Program-made: the position numbers and the translations under genes | Shown: in pieces, positions 50,264 to 63,269 of the stretch | Numbering within the stretch: the stretch's first letter is position 1 | Layout: each line of letters begins with the position of its first letter | Notes under the pieces: generated by a model | Told to the model about the DNA's origin: nothing | The model's input: only the letters and a program-made list of their open reading frames with translations | The model's database searches: none | Origin: Pseudovirgaria hyperparasitica | Taxonomy: Eukaryota | Reading direction: 5' to 3' (one strand) | NCBI GenBank assembly: GCA_010093815.1 | Contig: ML996586.1 | Length of the DNA: 64,000 nt

Positions 50264-51100
50264 TTCATCGAGAATCGACTCGCACCGCTCATGACAGCAG
50301 AAGAAACGTTCATGTTCGGAGGCCGCTCATGCCATGCTAGTAATATAGCAAGGGAAGCTCGCCAGTCTCCCGTTGCAAAGACGACCGAGATGGACCTGTC
50401 CGAGCGGCATTGATACAAATTGTCCACTTTCTTTCGCTGTGTGCGAGGTGGTGCTCGGCGTATGCATGGAATCATTCTGCGCGAAGCAAGTTGTTACCAA
50501 CAGGAAAGTCATAATTGGCCGGTTCCAGCGTCAGAACTGGCGTCAGAGAAGCCATTGTCGATTCACCGCAGGCGTGGCTAGATCTTCCACTGAAATCATT
50601 TCTACCGCGATTATATTCGACTGACCCAGCGAGTCTCGCTGCATCTTTTGGTATTCACGAATGGGCGTGCCAAGAGCTTTTTTAGACGGCCCCGCAGAGC
50701 CGCATAGCACGCCATGTTTTTGTCTTGCTGACGGGGCTCTCTCATTGTCTAGTAGAGATGACTTTCATAGCCAAAGATAGCAGGATCAGTAGAGATTACG
50801 CCATTCATTTTTTCCAAAATCAGTGAGAGAACAAAAAGGACGTAGCATCCTCGACCCCACACAAGATGGTACACGAGTGCCAAGAGTGACAGGTTCTAGG
50901 ATTTGTCCATCCAATGGCTGGTCCGTGCTGCGCGATGTGACATGATCTACACAGGGTACAAGCACGATTGCGAAGAATGAGTACTTTTAATTATTCGCGG
51001 TAAGAAAATACCTTCATTTGGAGCAAGGCTCTGCCGCCAGCAACTCAAAGCCCTTAGAAGTATAAAACGATCGTCATTCAGCGCAAAGATCATCTCCAGG

Positions 51101-52816
51101 ATGGTTAGACGATCAACTCATCGTACTTATGCAGTATGTCTGTAGATAGGACAAAACTAATTCGGCAAGCTAATATGTGCTCTGTTAGGATGCTATCACA
51201 AATCTGAACTCTCTACAAACTCCTCCCAAGATACTGGAAGAACGTCGAAACAATCCTCCCGCGGACCTGAAGAAGAAGAATGCTTTGAACGAGATGGTGA
51301 TGTGGGTTCGAGAAATTGGGTACCAGGCATGATAGCCTACTCTACCATTGATCGATCCACTCAGTGACATATCATCGGAACAGCCAGCAGATTTCGACCG
51401 CTTTAACATTGTTCACGTTGCCGGAACGAAAGGAAAAGGGACCACGTGCGCCTTCGTTGATTCAATTCTTTCACAATATCATGATCACTACAAAACACCA
51501 AGAAGAGTAGGGTTATATACATCTCCTCACCTACTCAGTGTCTGTGAACGCATACGGATCAATTCAAAACCTCTAACCGAAGAAAAATTTGCGCATTATT
51601 TTTTTGAAGTTTGGGATATGCTTGAGGCAGCAGCGGTTGAACGAGGGGGTGATATCAGCATCAAACCGAAGTACTTCCGGTACTTAACTCTCATGTCGTT
51701 CCATGTTTTCATGAAGGAGGACGTAGACGTTGCCATATACGAAGTAGGAGTCGGCGGTCAGTTCGATTCAACTAATGTTATCGAAAGACCCATCGTGACC
51801 GGGATCACTTCCCTTGGCATAGACCATGTTCAGATACTTGGTAATACCATTGAAGAGATCGCATGGCATAAGGCTGGAATTATGAAATCTGGCTCATATA
51901 CATACAGTGTATGGCAGCCTGAAAGTGCCATGGACGTGTTGAGAGAAAGAGCAAAGGAAAAGGGCTCAATATTCAAAGCAATTCCACACGCGGAATGTCT
52001 GAAAAATGTTCGAGTTGTACCGGATGAGGACTTTCAAAAACGCAATGCCTCTCTTGCAATCTTCTTGACTGCACACGTTCTCGCTAGGTTATATCTTTCT
52101 GGCACGACCGAGCACGATCGAGAAAAGATTAAAGCCGACGCCGATGATATTCTCAGCCTCGAGCAACCTCTTCCAGAACTTTTTGGAGCGGGGCTTACGG
52201 ATACTGTAGTTCGTGGGCGATGTGAGATAATCGACAAGGCCTACGGGCGATGGTTCCTTGATGGTGCACATACGAAAGAGAGTCTCGAAGTCGTAAGCGA
52301 CTGGTTCGGCAAGATTGTCCAGACATCTGCAGACCAAGAAGGAGTAGATGCGTTATGCATTCTTTTGTTTAATCAGCAGGCTAGCACTCGAGAACGAAAG
52401 CGATTGATTACAACAGTACAAGAGAGACTTCGACAGAAATGGAACATAAGACCTCAAGAGTCGATCTTTTGCACCAATATCACATTTAAAAGCCAAGGCT
52501 ACGCAACCGGTAAGCTAGAGATTATCAGTATATTCTGAAGCCAATCGACTAGAAACTAGGACTAATATTGAAAGATCTTGATGATAGGAATTCAGATCAC
52601 GCCATAGTGAGCAGTTTGACTGTTCAACACGAGTACGCCAAATATTGGCAGTTGCATGATCCTGAGGCATCAACACATGTCGTTGCTTCCATTGAAGAAG
52701 CTATAGCTACTATATGCGACCTCAACAAAGCAAATACTGGCCGTCCAGTCTATATTCTAGCGACAGGAAGTTTTCGTTTAATTGGTGGTGTACTTACCAT
52801 TTTGGAAAGCGAGTAA
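51101..52816 (+). CDS. Folylpolyglutamate synthase-family ligase (Met7-like, possibly a paralog); 4 exons
   Basis: LNSLQT, HVAGTKGKG, GLYTSPHL, ERIRIN, EVGVGGQFDSTN, IAWHKAGI and DGAHT motifs. Confidence 0.9.
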
Positions 52817-54021
52817 ACTTCGAAAGAGGCTTGAAAGCACCCGAGCATCTCTGCCTGAGAACGCGCTGTTCACCATAGCTCGACGAGAATAACAAGCCAG
52901 GCCTGTTATCGTTGTGCATACCAACATGTCAACACATCAGAGTACGATTTTGCAGAAGTTCAACACCTCAACGTATCAGCCATCCACTTTCAGGAACTGA
53001 TTCACCATTGTTCGAGTTATTGACAGACCATCTACATCATCCGTTGCATGTGGCGAGCATTACGCTATGTTACAGCTTTGAATGATACTTTTCCATAGCT
53101 ATGGAGAATCCTAGCCTTTCTTGTTTCCACATCGCACGATCAGAATACGTAGCTCTTCCCGAGTTTGGGTACGATGAATGCCCATATGGGAACGCCTAGA
53201 AACATTCAACTGTGATGGTTTCCGCTATAACTTTTGGCGTAACTCTCAACTACCCGGAAGTGGGTCAGAAGAGTATTAACTGCATGATTAGCCAGGTCTA
53301 GGGCCCATGTGCAAGTGTCTTGCCTCCCATTCCCAATGGATGGAAGGAGCCACATGTCCATTGGGCTACCTACTGGTAGACTTCTCTAACATCTAAGATT
53401 CTATCCCTCAAATGTTCACCACGACGTTTTAATAGAGCTTCATTCAGCTAGTTATGATCGAAACAAGTTACATTCTCATACCACTATTTATAGTCAAGCG
53501 GCCCTCAGCACAGGCGCGAAAAGGCACGGAAAAGAAAGCTCAGCAACGGGTGCGGCTTTTATCCTGCATAACTACTACCGACACGCAGTTTATCTGAATG
53601 AGACTCAGCTGATATGATAGGTTCAGAACATCTGATACCGGCGTTCGCATGCAGGCAGTTTACTATCTAGTTAACAGCTGAGATTCTAAACGTACTCTTT
53701 CATCCTTCGATCCTATCCAAGCCAATCTCTTCTCGTTAACATCCCAATGGCCATGCATGATGTCTCCAGGCCAGAACTACACAATCTTTTGTATTTACAC
53801 CATTGCTACAGTGGCTGGCTGAAGAGATGGACCAGCTCCACTTCTACCGTCATGGTGCATCGATTGATCTTCTCTTTTCGGACTTTCAACTCTTTTGTCC
53901 GATTATTTCATCTACAATCCCTCTAGTAGTCCAGATCATTTCCTGCAGCAAATAAATTATCGAAGTCTGTATAACACTTATTCCAGGAAGACACACCTGG
54001 TCGTGACACGAGAATCCAAAG

Positions 54022-54921
54022 ATGACTCGCGCGACAGTCAAATATGTCGACCCAACAGCTCTTCACGACGCAGACGGCCATCCTATACCCCATTGGTCCA
54101 AAGTAGAAGGCCCATTCCAATCCTTCAAGCTCCTCGAGCACGAAGTCGCAATCGAGGATATCACCGGTCGCGAGTCTCTTTTCGCCATCGACGTCTGCGG
54201 TTTCGCCGTCCACCACTGCCCAGTACCTTACGCCGTCTTCACAGACGACAGCACCATCAAAAAAGACTACTACCCAACCGTCGAGCGCCTCCTGCGCCGC
54301 GCCCTCGGAGGCGTTAAGCGCGTCGTCATCTTCGACCACACCACGCGCCAGATGGCCAAGCACTCGTCCCGCAAGCCCGTCCTGCAGGTCCACGTCGACC
54401 AGACCGCCCATGCTGCAGAAGCACGTGTCCAAAGACATCTACCGCGTGCCGACGCAGAAGTGCTGCTTGCGTCGCGCTATTCGTTGATAAACGTCTGGCG
54501 ACCTATCGGAAATCCTGCTGTCGAATATCCGCTTGCAGCTTTGGATTGGCGCTCGCTGGATGCCACGGACTTTGTGCATGTCGACTTGTTGTACCCAACT
54601 AATGCTAACGACGATGATCAGGAGCTAGAGTCGATTCCGGCACCAGACACACTAGAATCAACTGCGGGTTATGAAGTGAGGGGCGAGACGTATGGTATTG
54701 CGCCGAATAGTAGGCATCGGTTTTATTATGTTAAGAACATGACTCCGGACAGTGCGATGCTTATTAAATGCGCTGACTCGAAGGGGGCGGGCTTGCCGGA
54801 CGGATCGGATGGTATAGCGAGTTGTTGTCCGCATACTGCATTTGTGGATCCGGAGACACCGGAAGATGCGCCGAGTCGGCGGAGTGTTGAGGTCCGGTGC
54901 TTGGTTTTCTTTGATGAATAA
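54022..54921 (+). CDS. AsaB/CmcJ-like putative non-heme iron oxygenase (hydroxylase/desaturase)
   Basis: YYP, FDH..R, VHVDQT, INVWRP, PLA, PHTAF and R.SVEVRCLVF motifs. Confidence 0.85.
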   Translation: MTRATVKYVDPTALHDADGHPIPHWSKVEGPFQSFKLLEHEVAIEDITGRESLFAIDVCGFAVHHCPVPYAVFTDDSTIKKDYYPTVERLLRRALGGVKRVVIFDHTTRQMAKHSSRKPVLQVHVDQTAHAAEARVQRHLPRADAEVLLASRYSLINVWRPIGNPAVEYPLAALDWRSLDATDFVHVDLLYPTNANDDDQELESIPAPDTLESTAGYEVRGETYGIAPNSRHRFYYVKNMTPDSAMLIKCADSKGAGLPDGSDGIASCCPHTAFVDPETPEDAPSRRSVEVRCLVFFDE

Positions 54922-55155
54922 TGTCGCGAGGATACCTTCTTTGACAAGACAGTGATAGTAAATGCTGTGCTGATGTAGAGTCGACTAGCACGAATCGTAC
55001 CGGAACACAATATTATGCCACCCAAGAAGTTGCTGCAGTGTTACACTTTGATTTGGGGTATATGAAAATGATTGCCTATTCCACACATACGCCAAATCTT
55101 CAATCATCAGGGACATCTATCCATGCTCCGCGGCACAACACCAGTCGAACCCCAT

Positions 55156-56642
55156 CTACAGTGACAGGTTCTTGCAGCTAAACGCCGGGCGAGTCGCGCC
55201 AGCATAATCAGCCATAATAGCCTCGACAGCAGCATACAAGCCAGGACCCAGCAAAAACAACCCACAAATCATAACAAAGATATGGACAACAGTCATCAAC
55301 GATCTGAACGAACTGGTAAAAAAGCCCTTGCCCCGAAACAACTGCCAGTACGCAACGGCGAAAAATATGAAGCCAAAAAACGAGTCGAATGCAGCGCCGA
55401 GGAGAGAGAGGAAATCACCCATGCTGGGGATGATTTCAGCGAAGACGAATGCGATGACCCAGATGGCGACCATGACGGCGCCCCAAACGCCCCAGCCTAA
55501 GACGGTATTGCTATGCGCGTGGCGCGACTTGCCCATGATCCGGCCGTAGACAAATTTGGCAGACACATTAGCGTAGATAACGCCGATGACGAGCGTGGGC
55601 ACGATGACGAATGCGAACGAGGCTTTCTTGTAGACGACAACGCCCAAGGAGCCAAATGCTGGCGCAGTGGAATATTGGCCCAGGTAGCGGAAGCCAATGG
55701 CGGGGGGCACGATGAAGAGGATGCCCGAGATGGCGGCGAGCACGGCGAGGGCCTTGGGAAAGTCTTGAGGGCGCTCCATCTCGGAGATGAATGTGGGGAA
55801 GAGGATCTGGGGCACCCAGAGGAAGGTGATGTTCAGCACGGCATTCATGCATGCTACCCAGGTGGTTCCAGGGAGGGGGAAGGCGTAGGTTCTGACAGGG
55901 CCTAGGGTCGGATAGTCGCCTCCGTAGCCGTAGAGTGGAGCGTCCTCGATGCCGACGAAGACGAGGAAAAGTAGAATTGCAATGGCCATTGCTGCTGCGG
56001 AGAACATGGACATGAACGATACATGGCGAAGAGTGCGAGGGAGAGACATGACAATACCCATGATCATGGCAATTACAGAGAATATGACAGTACACATGCT
56101 GTGATCACTGAGGGTGTTTAAGACCTTTGCGCCGGTCAGGACGTGGAAACCGATGAGAAGGATGTTGTTGGCCAGAAGCATGACGCCGGTGAACTCGTAG
56201 GCAATACGGCTTCTTCCAAAAGCGTAGTATCCAAAGTCGCAGATGTCCTTGATCTGCGGGTGTTTCATGATGAACTTGTGCATGGTGAGGGAGGTGATCC
56301 AGAATAGAGCTCCGGCAACAAGCATGGTAATGATACCGGGAACCCATCCGAGAACTGATAACGACCACGATTGTGCCATGATAGCGAGACAGACCTGGTC
56401 ACCAGCGAGGAGCCATGCCGCCTTCTGCCAAGACATTGTTCGTAGTTTGATGTCATGTTTGTGATCTGAATAAAAGTCAGTCTTCGGTACGACTGTAGGT
56501 CAAGGGCAGCATGTCCACCTTCAGCCACCAGGGCGGTAATAGTGTCGACAGAGCTTGCTCCATCGTATACTTCGTTATCCGATGTTTCACCAACATGTGC
56601 GTCGACATGCTTATCATCCGCCGCGAAGACAGTGGTAGCCAT
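55156..56642 (-). CDS. Amino acid transporter (Aa_trans/AAAP family, Mtr-like); 2 exons
   Basis: MSWQKAAWLL, LGWVPG, HPQIKDICD and SEMERPQDFPKAL motifs; about 11 TM segments. Confidence 0.9.
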
Positions 56643-58439
56643 GACGAATAAAGTCTGCAAAGGCCCTAAACACTGCTCGTGGAGTGAAGATAGTGACGCG
56701 ATCCCAAGATAAAGTTATTGGGGACAGCAGGTGGGCGACATATTTATGTGAAGCCATCATCGAGGGCTGTAGAATGAATTTGATGTTGTCGAGATGGCGT
56801 GCTTGTCGTAACATGGGCTGGACCCGGTGAAGCCGGGAAAAACAGCGCCATGCTACGCCGTGATAGGCTCGAGTCCGGCGTGTGGCTCATGGGTGGAATA
56901 GACTAGTGTAGACTAGTGTATGCCAGGCCGATTAGGGAGAAGCCTCCCTAGATATGGCAGCTAAGGCGTTTAGAAATGCCTGCTACAGCATCCCAAAGGT
57001 CGATCTGCCGAGTCTTCTTGTCGTCTAGAAGCTCTCTTGTCAATGCTTATGGCTGCAATAGTCCCACATCTTACCACAAGGGCTGAGCCATCGGGTCTAC
57101 CATTCCAGCTTATCATTGGCTTTTCTTCGTCGTCAGAGAAGAATTACACAGATTGTTGTACCCTAAAAGTAGCCCTGTTGGACCCAGACCCCCGGTATAC
57201 TACTGTTTGTCGCCCATGCTGCCGTGCATGCAGTCTTACTCAGATATCTGACTACGGCGGGATTCTTGAAGTACGGGGTCTAGCATGTATGCACTGCGAA
57301 TATCTCGAATTTCATTTGCGTTTTACTTTGCCATCATGTCTTTGGATAGCATGGTCGACTCACTGATCTGTATGGCCTTCTTGGTCATGTTGTGCATCGA
57401 GTCCACGACATAAATTACAGAAGTGCTTGAACGTACCTCCAACCAACCTCATCACATCTTACTAAGCTTCCAGTACATGAGATAGTTCAAGCAAAGATAG
57501 CGAGATGCTGCCTCGTTTCTTGTCCAAGGTATGATAACATTTTCTACCTTAGGTATCAGATCTGATACTTTACGTCCTTACCACCACTCTACTATAGAAT
57601 AATGGGTAGTGAGAGTTATACCTTTACTTCAATTCACGACCATGAGTCCAGACGACTGAGAGATGCACAAACTCCAATCTTTGAACATATCCGTTCGCGA
57701 CCTTTGAGACTAATATTTATTCTCGTACTACAGTGGCCCCTGATATCCAAGGCATCTGGGATTACTACTAAACTTCACCATCACGTAGCATATTACAAAC
57801 TTCAGACGCCGGCTGCTACGGTCTGAACTAGGCAGATTCCTTGCCTTAGAGATCATTTCCCCCCTGACTGTTCTCTCTACCCTAGACCTTTGTCTTACCC
57901 TCGCAAGACATGCAATATAAGGCGCTGTCTAGATGGCGAGTAAACTAAGTATAATAATGCTTCTTGTCCTACGATTGGACAAGGAGATCCATTGCTTGTA
58001 GTGTTTCATTGCTGTTACGATGAGCTTAGAGGGGTTGGTCGTGCTGCAGCTGCAAGTTTGCGATAAGGTAGATTAGCAGACTTTATAGCAGGGACGATAA
58101 TCAGACGATCACAAGAAGTATTAATGTAGCGGATGCAAAGAAGTCTTTGTGACCCTACAAATATTACATAAAACTTTTGGGGCCTCTGTTTCTATGAAAG
58201 CAAGACTTTTAGGTGAAGAGACTTTTCTAATACTTCAGAGCTCAAAGGGAATAGTAAAAAGGACACACGCTTTCGAATTCAACAATGACATTGTGAGATG
58301 GGTTATTCACAATGAATAGCTTGTAGGTCGACCTGTTCATGGAAATGATGTATGCAGCGGAGGGTATCTCGTCCGTTTAGATTAAGTGATCGCATGGTAT
58401 GCTCCGAGTCCTCTTTCCCAAAATGATATCTCATGTGTC

Positions 58440-59246
58440 TCACCGCCTCCCATGCTGACTCCTCATATGTCGATCGCAATTGTCTTTCCTACTAAATCCT
58501 CTAAGGGCATAGTTGCAAGGTGGATATTCGCAGAGGTGCACACCCCTCAGAGCAGTAGTACCCTGAGTATTAATAGAGTGTTTAGCATCTTTATGGCGCT
58601 TGAGATCTCTATTTTGGGCGAACGAACGGCCACAGCCAAGGATGTCGCACTTGTGAGGGCGGGTGTGTTTTCGCATGTGTTTACTGTGATCACGTTTGTA
58701 TCAATTTTAAGCTTTCAAAGCTTTGAGTGACGATGGAACTTACTTGAGCTGGTGTCCCTTAGCGAATTTTTCGTCACACTCGGTACATATGTACTGTTGT
58801 GCCACGTTCAGTGCGTTAGAGACGACAGACACGGCTGAGCTTTCTACCGAGAAGGGGATACCCGAGTTTTCTGTTGATGAGCATGTGTGAGAACCGGTAA
58901 TATGCGGTTGGGAGATCTCTTGGAACTGTTGTGGATACACTATTCCATCTGTACCACTGGAGAGGCACTCGTTGACCTGGTGGCTGCTGTTGGTGGAAAA
59001 GCCCACAGCATTCAGCGTAAGGGATGACAGGTGGGCTTCATCGATGCGAGGTTGTTCCCAATCGTGGCCATCGCTTAGTAGTGGAAGTTCTGTGTATGGC
59101 ACCAGGATCTGCGGGTCAACAGGTAATTCTCCGTGGTGAGTGTCACAGGTGGATTCGTGCGTAACCCGGTCGAACGATGTTGAGAGAACGTCCGTGGCAG
59201 CCTTGCCGTTATATTCATCGGACATTTGAGAGACTATTGAAGGCAT
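58440..59246 (-). CDS. C2H2 zinc-finger protein with three C-terminal fingers; 2 exons
   Basis: CTECDEKF..HQL|KHMRKH, CDILGCGRSF..LKRHKDAKH and CEYPPC..FSRKDNCDRHMRSQH. Confidence 0.85.
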
Positions 59247-61335
59247 TTTTAGTGAATTGGTTACTTGTAGTATGCCGCTGAGGAGGCTGCTCTCTTACCT
59301 TCAACAGTTGCAGTAAGGAGATATAAGAATATAGCAAGACTGTGGAATCATGATCGACAACCTTCTGCACCGCCTGGAAGACTCAGAGGTCACCGCCAAT
59401 TTCGCGTGCCAGCAAATTCGAGGAACAGACAGAGGACTAGAGGGCCTCAAGCCGACGTGAGTCAAAGGATGTCTCATGAGCTGGAGCATTCGGCTACAAT
59501 AACCAATGATCTTGACCCCTTTACAGCAACCGGAGATAAAATGCTTCGATTGTGGTAATAGTGTATGCAGACAAGAACAATGATACCAGGGGTCTGCAGG
59601 AACAAGGCAACATCTTGCGCCAGGGGACAGGGTAGGGAACTTGGCACATCACTATGCCCTGCCACCATGTGCTCAGCCTTGGACGACCAGGGACTGTGTA
59701 TATACTTGCGTAAGTAAGCTGCCACGTGCGTAAAACTTATCTGAAAAACTGTATGGTAACTGCCGACCGACGGAGGTAGTCCTCAGCAGAGCGTGGCTCG
59801 TAAAACTACAGCAAAGGAAAGTCTAGGCTCGCATGTAGTGAAGAGGCCTATGAATGCGGTGAGTTGTGGTTGTGCTGATCTATAGCCAGGGTGCCAGGCT
59901 CTGAACAATGCTGTCGGAAAGGAATGAATGAGTTGATGATCGATCATGAAGCCAAAAAGAATAGAAGGGTGTTATAGAAACTAGTCAAAAGGTAGAACAC
60001 CTGTTATAAGGTCCTGAGATTATCTACTACCCGATTCTATACGCTCAGCCCGGAGTGAGCCAAACATGTGAAATGTGCATTGAACTTTCTATCACCTCAT
60101 ACAGAGGAGTCCAATTGGTTAATGCCCCAAGACACCTCCTTGTTTAGTTCTGGATCAGATCCAATGACAATGTATGATAGATTCGAGGCAGATATTGAAC
60201 ATATGAGACATAGATGGTGAGCCTTACTTGGTTCCCGGCTGGCCAGTGTTAGGATGGAAGCTATGGTCTCCTCGTAAGAGCAACACTGACTTGACTTGAT
60301 ATTCCCAAAGAAAAGGTGCGCGACGCCGAGAAGCTGCAATCAAAGTCTCGAGACTACATGAGGAGACAAGAATTGGCCGATCGCAGGGCTGGCGTTTATC
60401 ACAATGGGGGGCATTTGGGAGGAGATGAGTTACTGCAGCCAGGGCCCAGGGGGCAGTGCGACGACAGCTACGCCATAGCCCATCAGATCCAATGCATGAG
60501 AATGAGCGGAATTAGTGCTGCAGGTGAGATTCAGCCCCTTCTTCGTCGAGCAAATTGATACACAGGCACTTGCTGCAGAGATGGAAACCAAAAAAAAAGG
60601 GTGTAGGAGCAGTGGTGATGAAGCAACAGAAGTGATGTTGAGGCTATACATATTTTTTGGAGCCTCCCCACATTAATGCGCCATGTGATTGGGCAGCAAG
60701 TAGCTCGCTCGCGCTAATTGTTTCATTCATCTTTAGATAACCAGCCTCCAAGAAGTAGGCCAGGAATGGGACGGCCGGACCGAGATTGGAATATGAATAT
60801 GGCATACGACATACAGTATACTTGGTATGGGCGAGTATTGAGTCGTTGATCTCAATCTACTTGTGGAGAGATACACTCTTATGGTCTCACCTTCTGAACT
60901 GTAAGATCAGCGGTATCTGGGCGGCAGCATTGACTTGGCAGCGCTCGCGTCCTTCATGTTCAGATCAACATATTTCGTGTCATCGTAGCTACTAGTATGC
61001 CTGTCAATATTAGGAACAAGAGCCTTATTCTAGGAGAGAACCGAATTGACCTGTTGCAGGTAGCCCACAACATGTCCCGCTACAATCGTACGTCTGTACA
61101 AGTGGCCCTCCGCCGTCTTCTGTAGAAATATCGCCTGTCAGGCAACTCACAGAGAAGTCCTCAGTTCGTCAGTCCCGGCCACACGATGGTTCAGGATCCA
61201 GATATGTCTGTGGACGATTCGCTCAAAGTTTGCACCAGACGTTTTCTTGACTGTACAATTAAGGGAAATTTCAGCGTGCTAAATTTACACAGGTTACAAG
61301 CCATCCTCTATACTTCCTTCGTACGCGATTTTTCT

Positions 61336-62975
61336 CTATGAAATGTTGAGACTCATGTTTCCACGGATACGCTGGTAATCGAAGAGACCTTCAATCTTGC
61401 CGACGGCCGAGATGGCCAGGTCGCGGTCCCATAATCTTCTGCGAGCAAATTCCATAACGTCGTTCGCTGTAATCTGTCCGACAACACGCTCGACCTCCTC
61501 GGGGCTTAGACGCCGACCGGTAGTAATAATTTGCCTGCCAATATCTTCGGCTACAGCAGTAGTCCCGTCAAGGGACAGGAGAATCGAGGCCTTGAGCTGA
61601 GCCTTAGCACGCTCGACTTCGGCTTCTGAGACCTGGTAAGAAAGGCGACACCACTCCTTCAACGTGAAGTGGACAAGGTCGTCGAGGCGGTCGAATTGGT
61701 CAGAAACAAGGTAGATACCCCAAAGACTTGATCAAGCGTTAGCGGACAAGGCACCCTTGCGGCAAGATGGACTTACCCAGTGTCACTGTAGCTGGTTGAG
61801 AAGCTCATGAAGCTGTTTGCGAGACGCCACTGGTGCATAAAAGTGCTTAATTTACTGCCGAGATATGGAGAGTTGCCCATGGCCCGATCCCAGTTACCGA
61901 CAATAGCCTGCGTGACAAGTCCGGTAAAGTAGTCGTCGTCCTTCCAGCTAACGCCTTCGACAGCGAGAGCAATGTTGGCGGTGGGCAAAGTGTCATCGCG
62001 AATACGGACTTCTGAGCCAACAAAGTCGGGCTTGGCTTTTTGAATAGCGGGATGAGCTCCAGTTGCAGATGGAGAAGTAGGAACGTTTGCAAAGTATTTT
62101 TCGGCAAGTTTTACGAGTTCCTGATGGGGAATGCCGCCGGCACCCACGAGAACCATGCGATCAGCAGTGTAATTGGTTTTGATGTAACTGGTGAGATCAT
62201 CGCGCGAGATGCTCTCGATGTTCTCCTTTGGACCCAAGATGGTGCGGCCTAAAGGCTGTCCTTGGAAAGCGGTGGCGTGCAAGTGATCAAATACGACTTC
62301 CTCTAATTGTTTGTCGACCTCTTCTTGCTCCCTAAGGATTACATCGCGCTCTCTCTCGATGGCGCTTGGCTCGAGCTTCGAGTTTTGGAGGATGTCGGAG
62401 AGGATGTCCACCGTCTGAGGAACGTCAGAGTTGAACGACTTGGCGAAATAAACGGTATTTTCGCGCTATAAAAAGATCAGAGACGTTTTGCCGGCCGTTC
62501 GTTGCAGATCCACTGACAGATGTGTATGCATTGAGGTGACCACCCATGTTTTCGATCTCCAGCTCTAGCTGTTGTTGAGTGCGTTTTTGCGTGCCCTGTA
62601 TGCTCCAATTGATTAACCATAATTCTTTCAATCTTTCGGAGTATACGCACCTTGAAAGCAAGATGCTCAAGAAAGTGTGCAGTGCCATTGGTCTTGTCTG
62701 TCTCTGCGCGGCTTCCAGCATCAATCCAAACACCAACAGTCGAGGTCTGCGCCCATGGAGAGTGTTCAGTCGCAATCTATGGATCCCATCAGTATGATAT
62801 TAATCAACTATGATCCAGGCTGATTCACCGTGAAGCCGTTGCTCAAAGTCGTGCTTTCCGTGATGGCTCCGTGACTGACAGGTGATGCAAACGCTCTTTG
62901 AGGCCGAATCGCGCTGAGAGCAGCTTTACTCCGGACAGCTTGCTTGAGATTGAGAGCGAGCCGCCTTGATGCCAT
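61336..62975 (-). CDS. MAS1: Mitochondrial processing peptidase beta subunit / complex III core 1; 5 exons
   Basis: Arg-rich presequence [15 protein letters not shown] inverted zinc motif, LNAYTS and [10 protein letters not shown]. Confidence 0.95.
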
Positions 62976-63111
62976 GGCGACAATATGTGCGGATGAGATG
63001 GACGTGGGAGGTGGTGAGGATCGGGGTGATGGCCAAAAAGTCGAGCTCCCGTATGGAGGTCCGCTGTCGAGTGGTGAGGCTCAAGCAGATTTGCTAAGCG
63101 TAGCTCATTGA

Positions 63112-63116
63112 CCAAT
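63112..63116 (+). promoter_or_regulatory. CCAAT box centred in the MAS1/SDH4 bidirectional promoter
   Basis: GACCAAT lies midway in a 294-bp divergent intergenic region between two respiratory genes. Confidence 0.4.
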
Positions 63117-63269
63117 GGGATTGCAGACGTACTAATAATCCCCAGCCGAGGAAGCTACAGTGTGGCCGGCTCATCAACATCGATACCTCGAACACCAGGA
63201 ACCAGGATACATCCTCTCCACGCTACCAATCTACCTCCGTGGGCATCGTAAACTCGTCAAGAACTTACT

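Noticed and set aside
59300..61300. Several short ORFs between the C2H2 gene and MAS1
   Set aside because: No coherent gene model or motif found on either strand.
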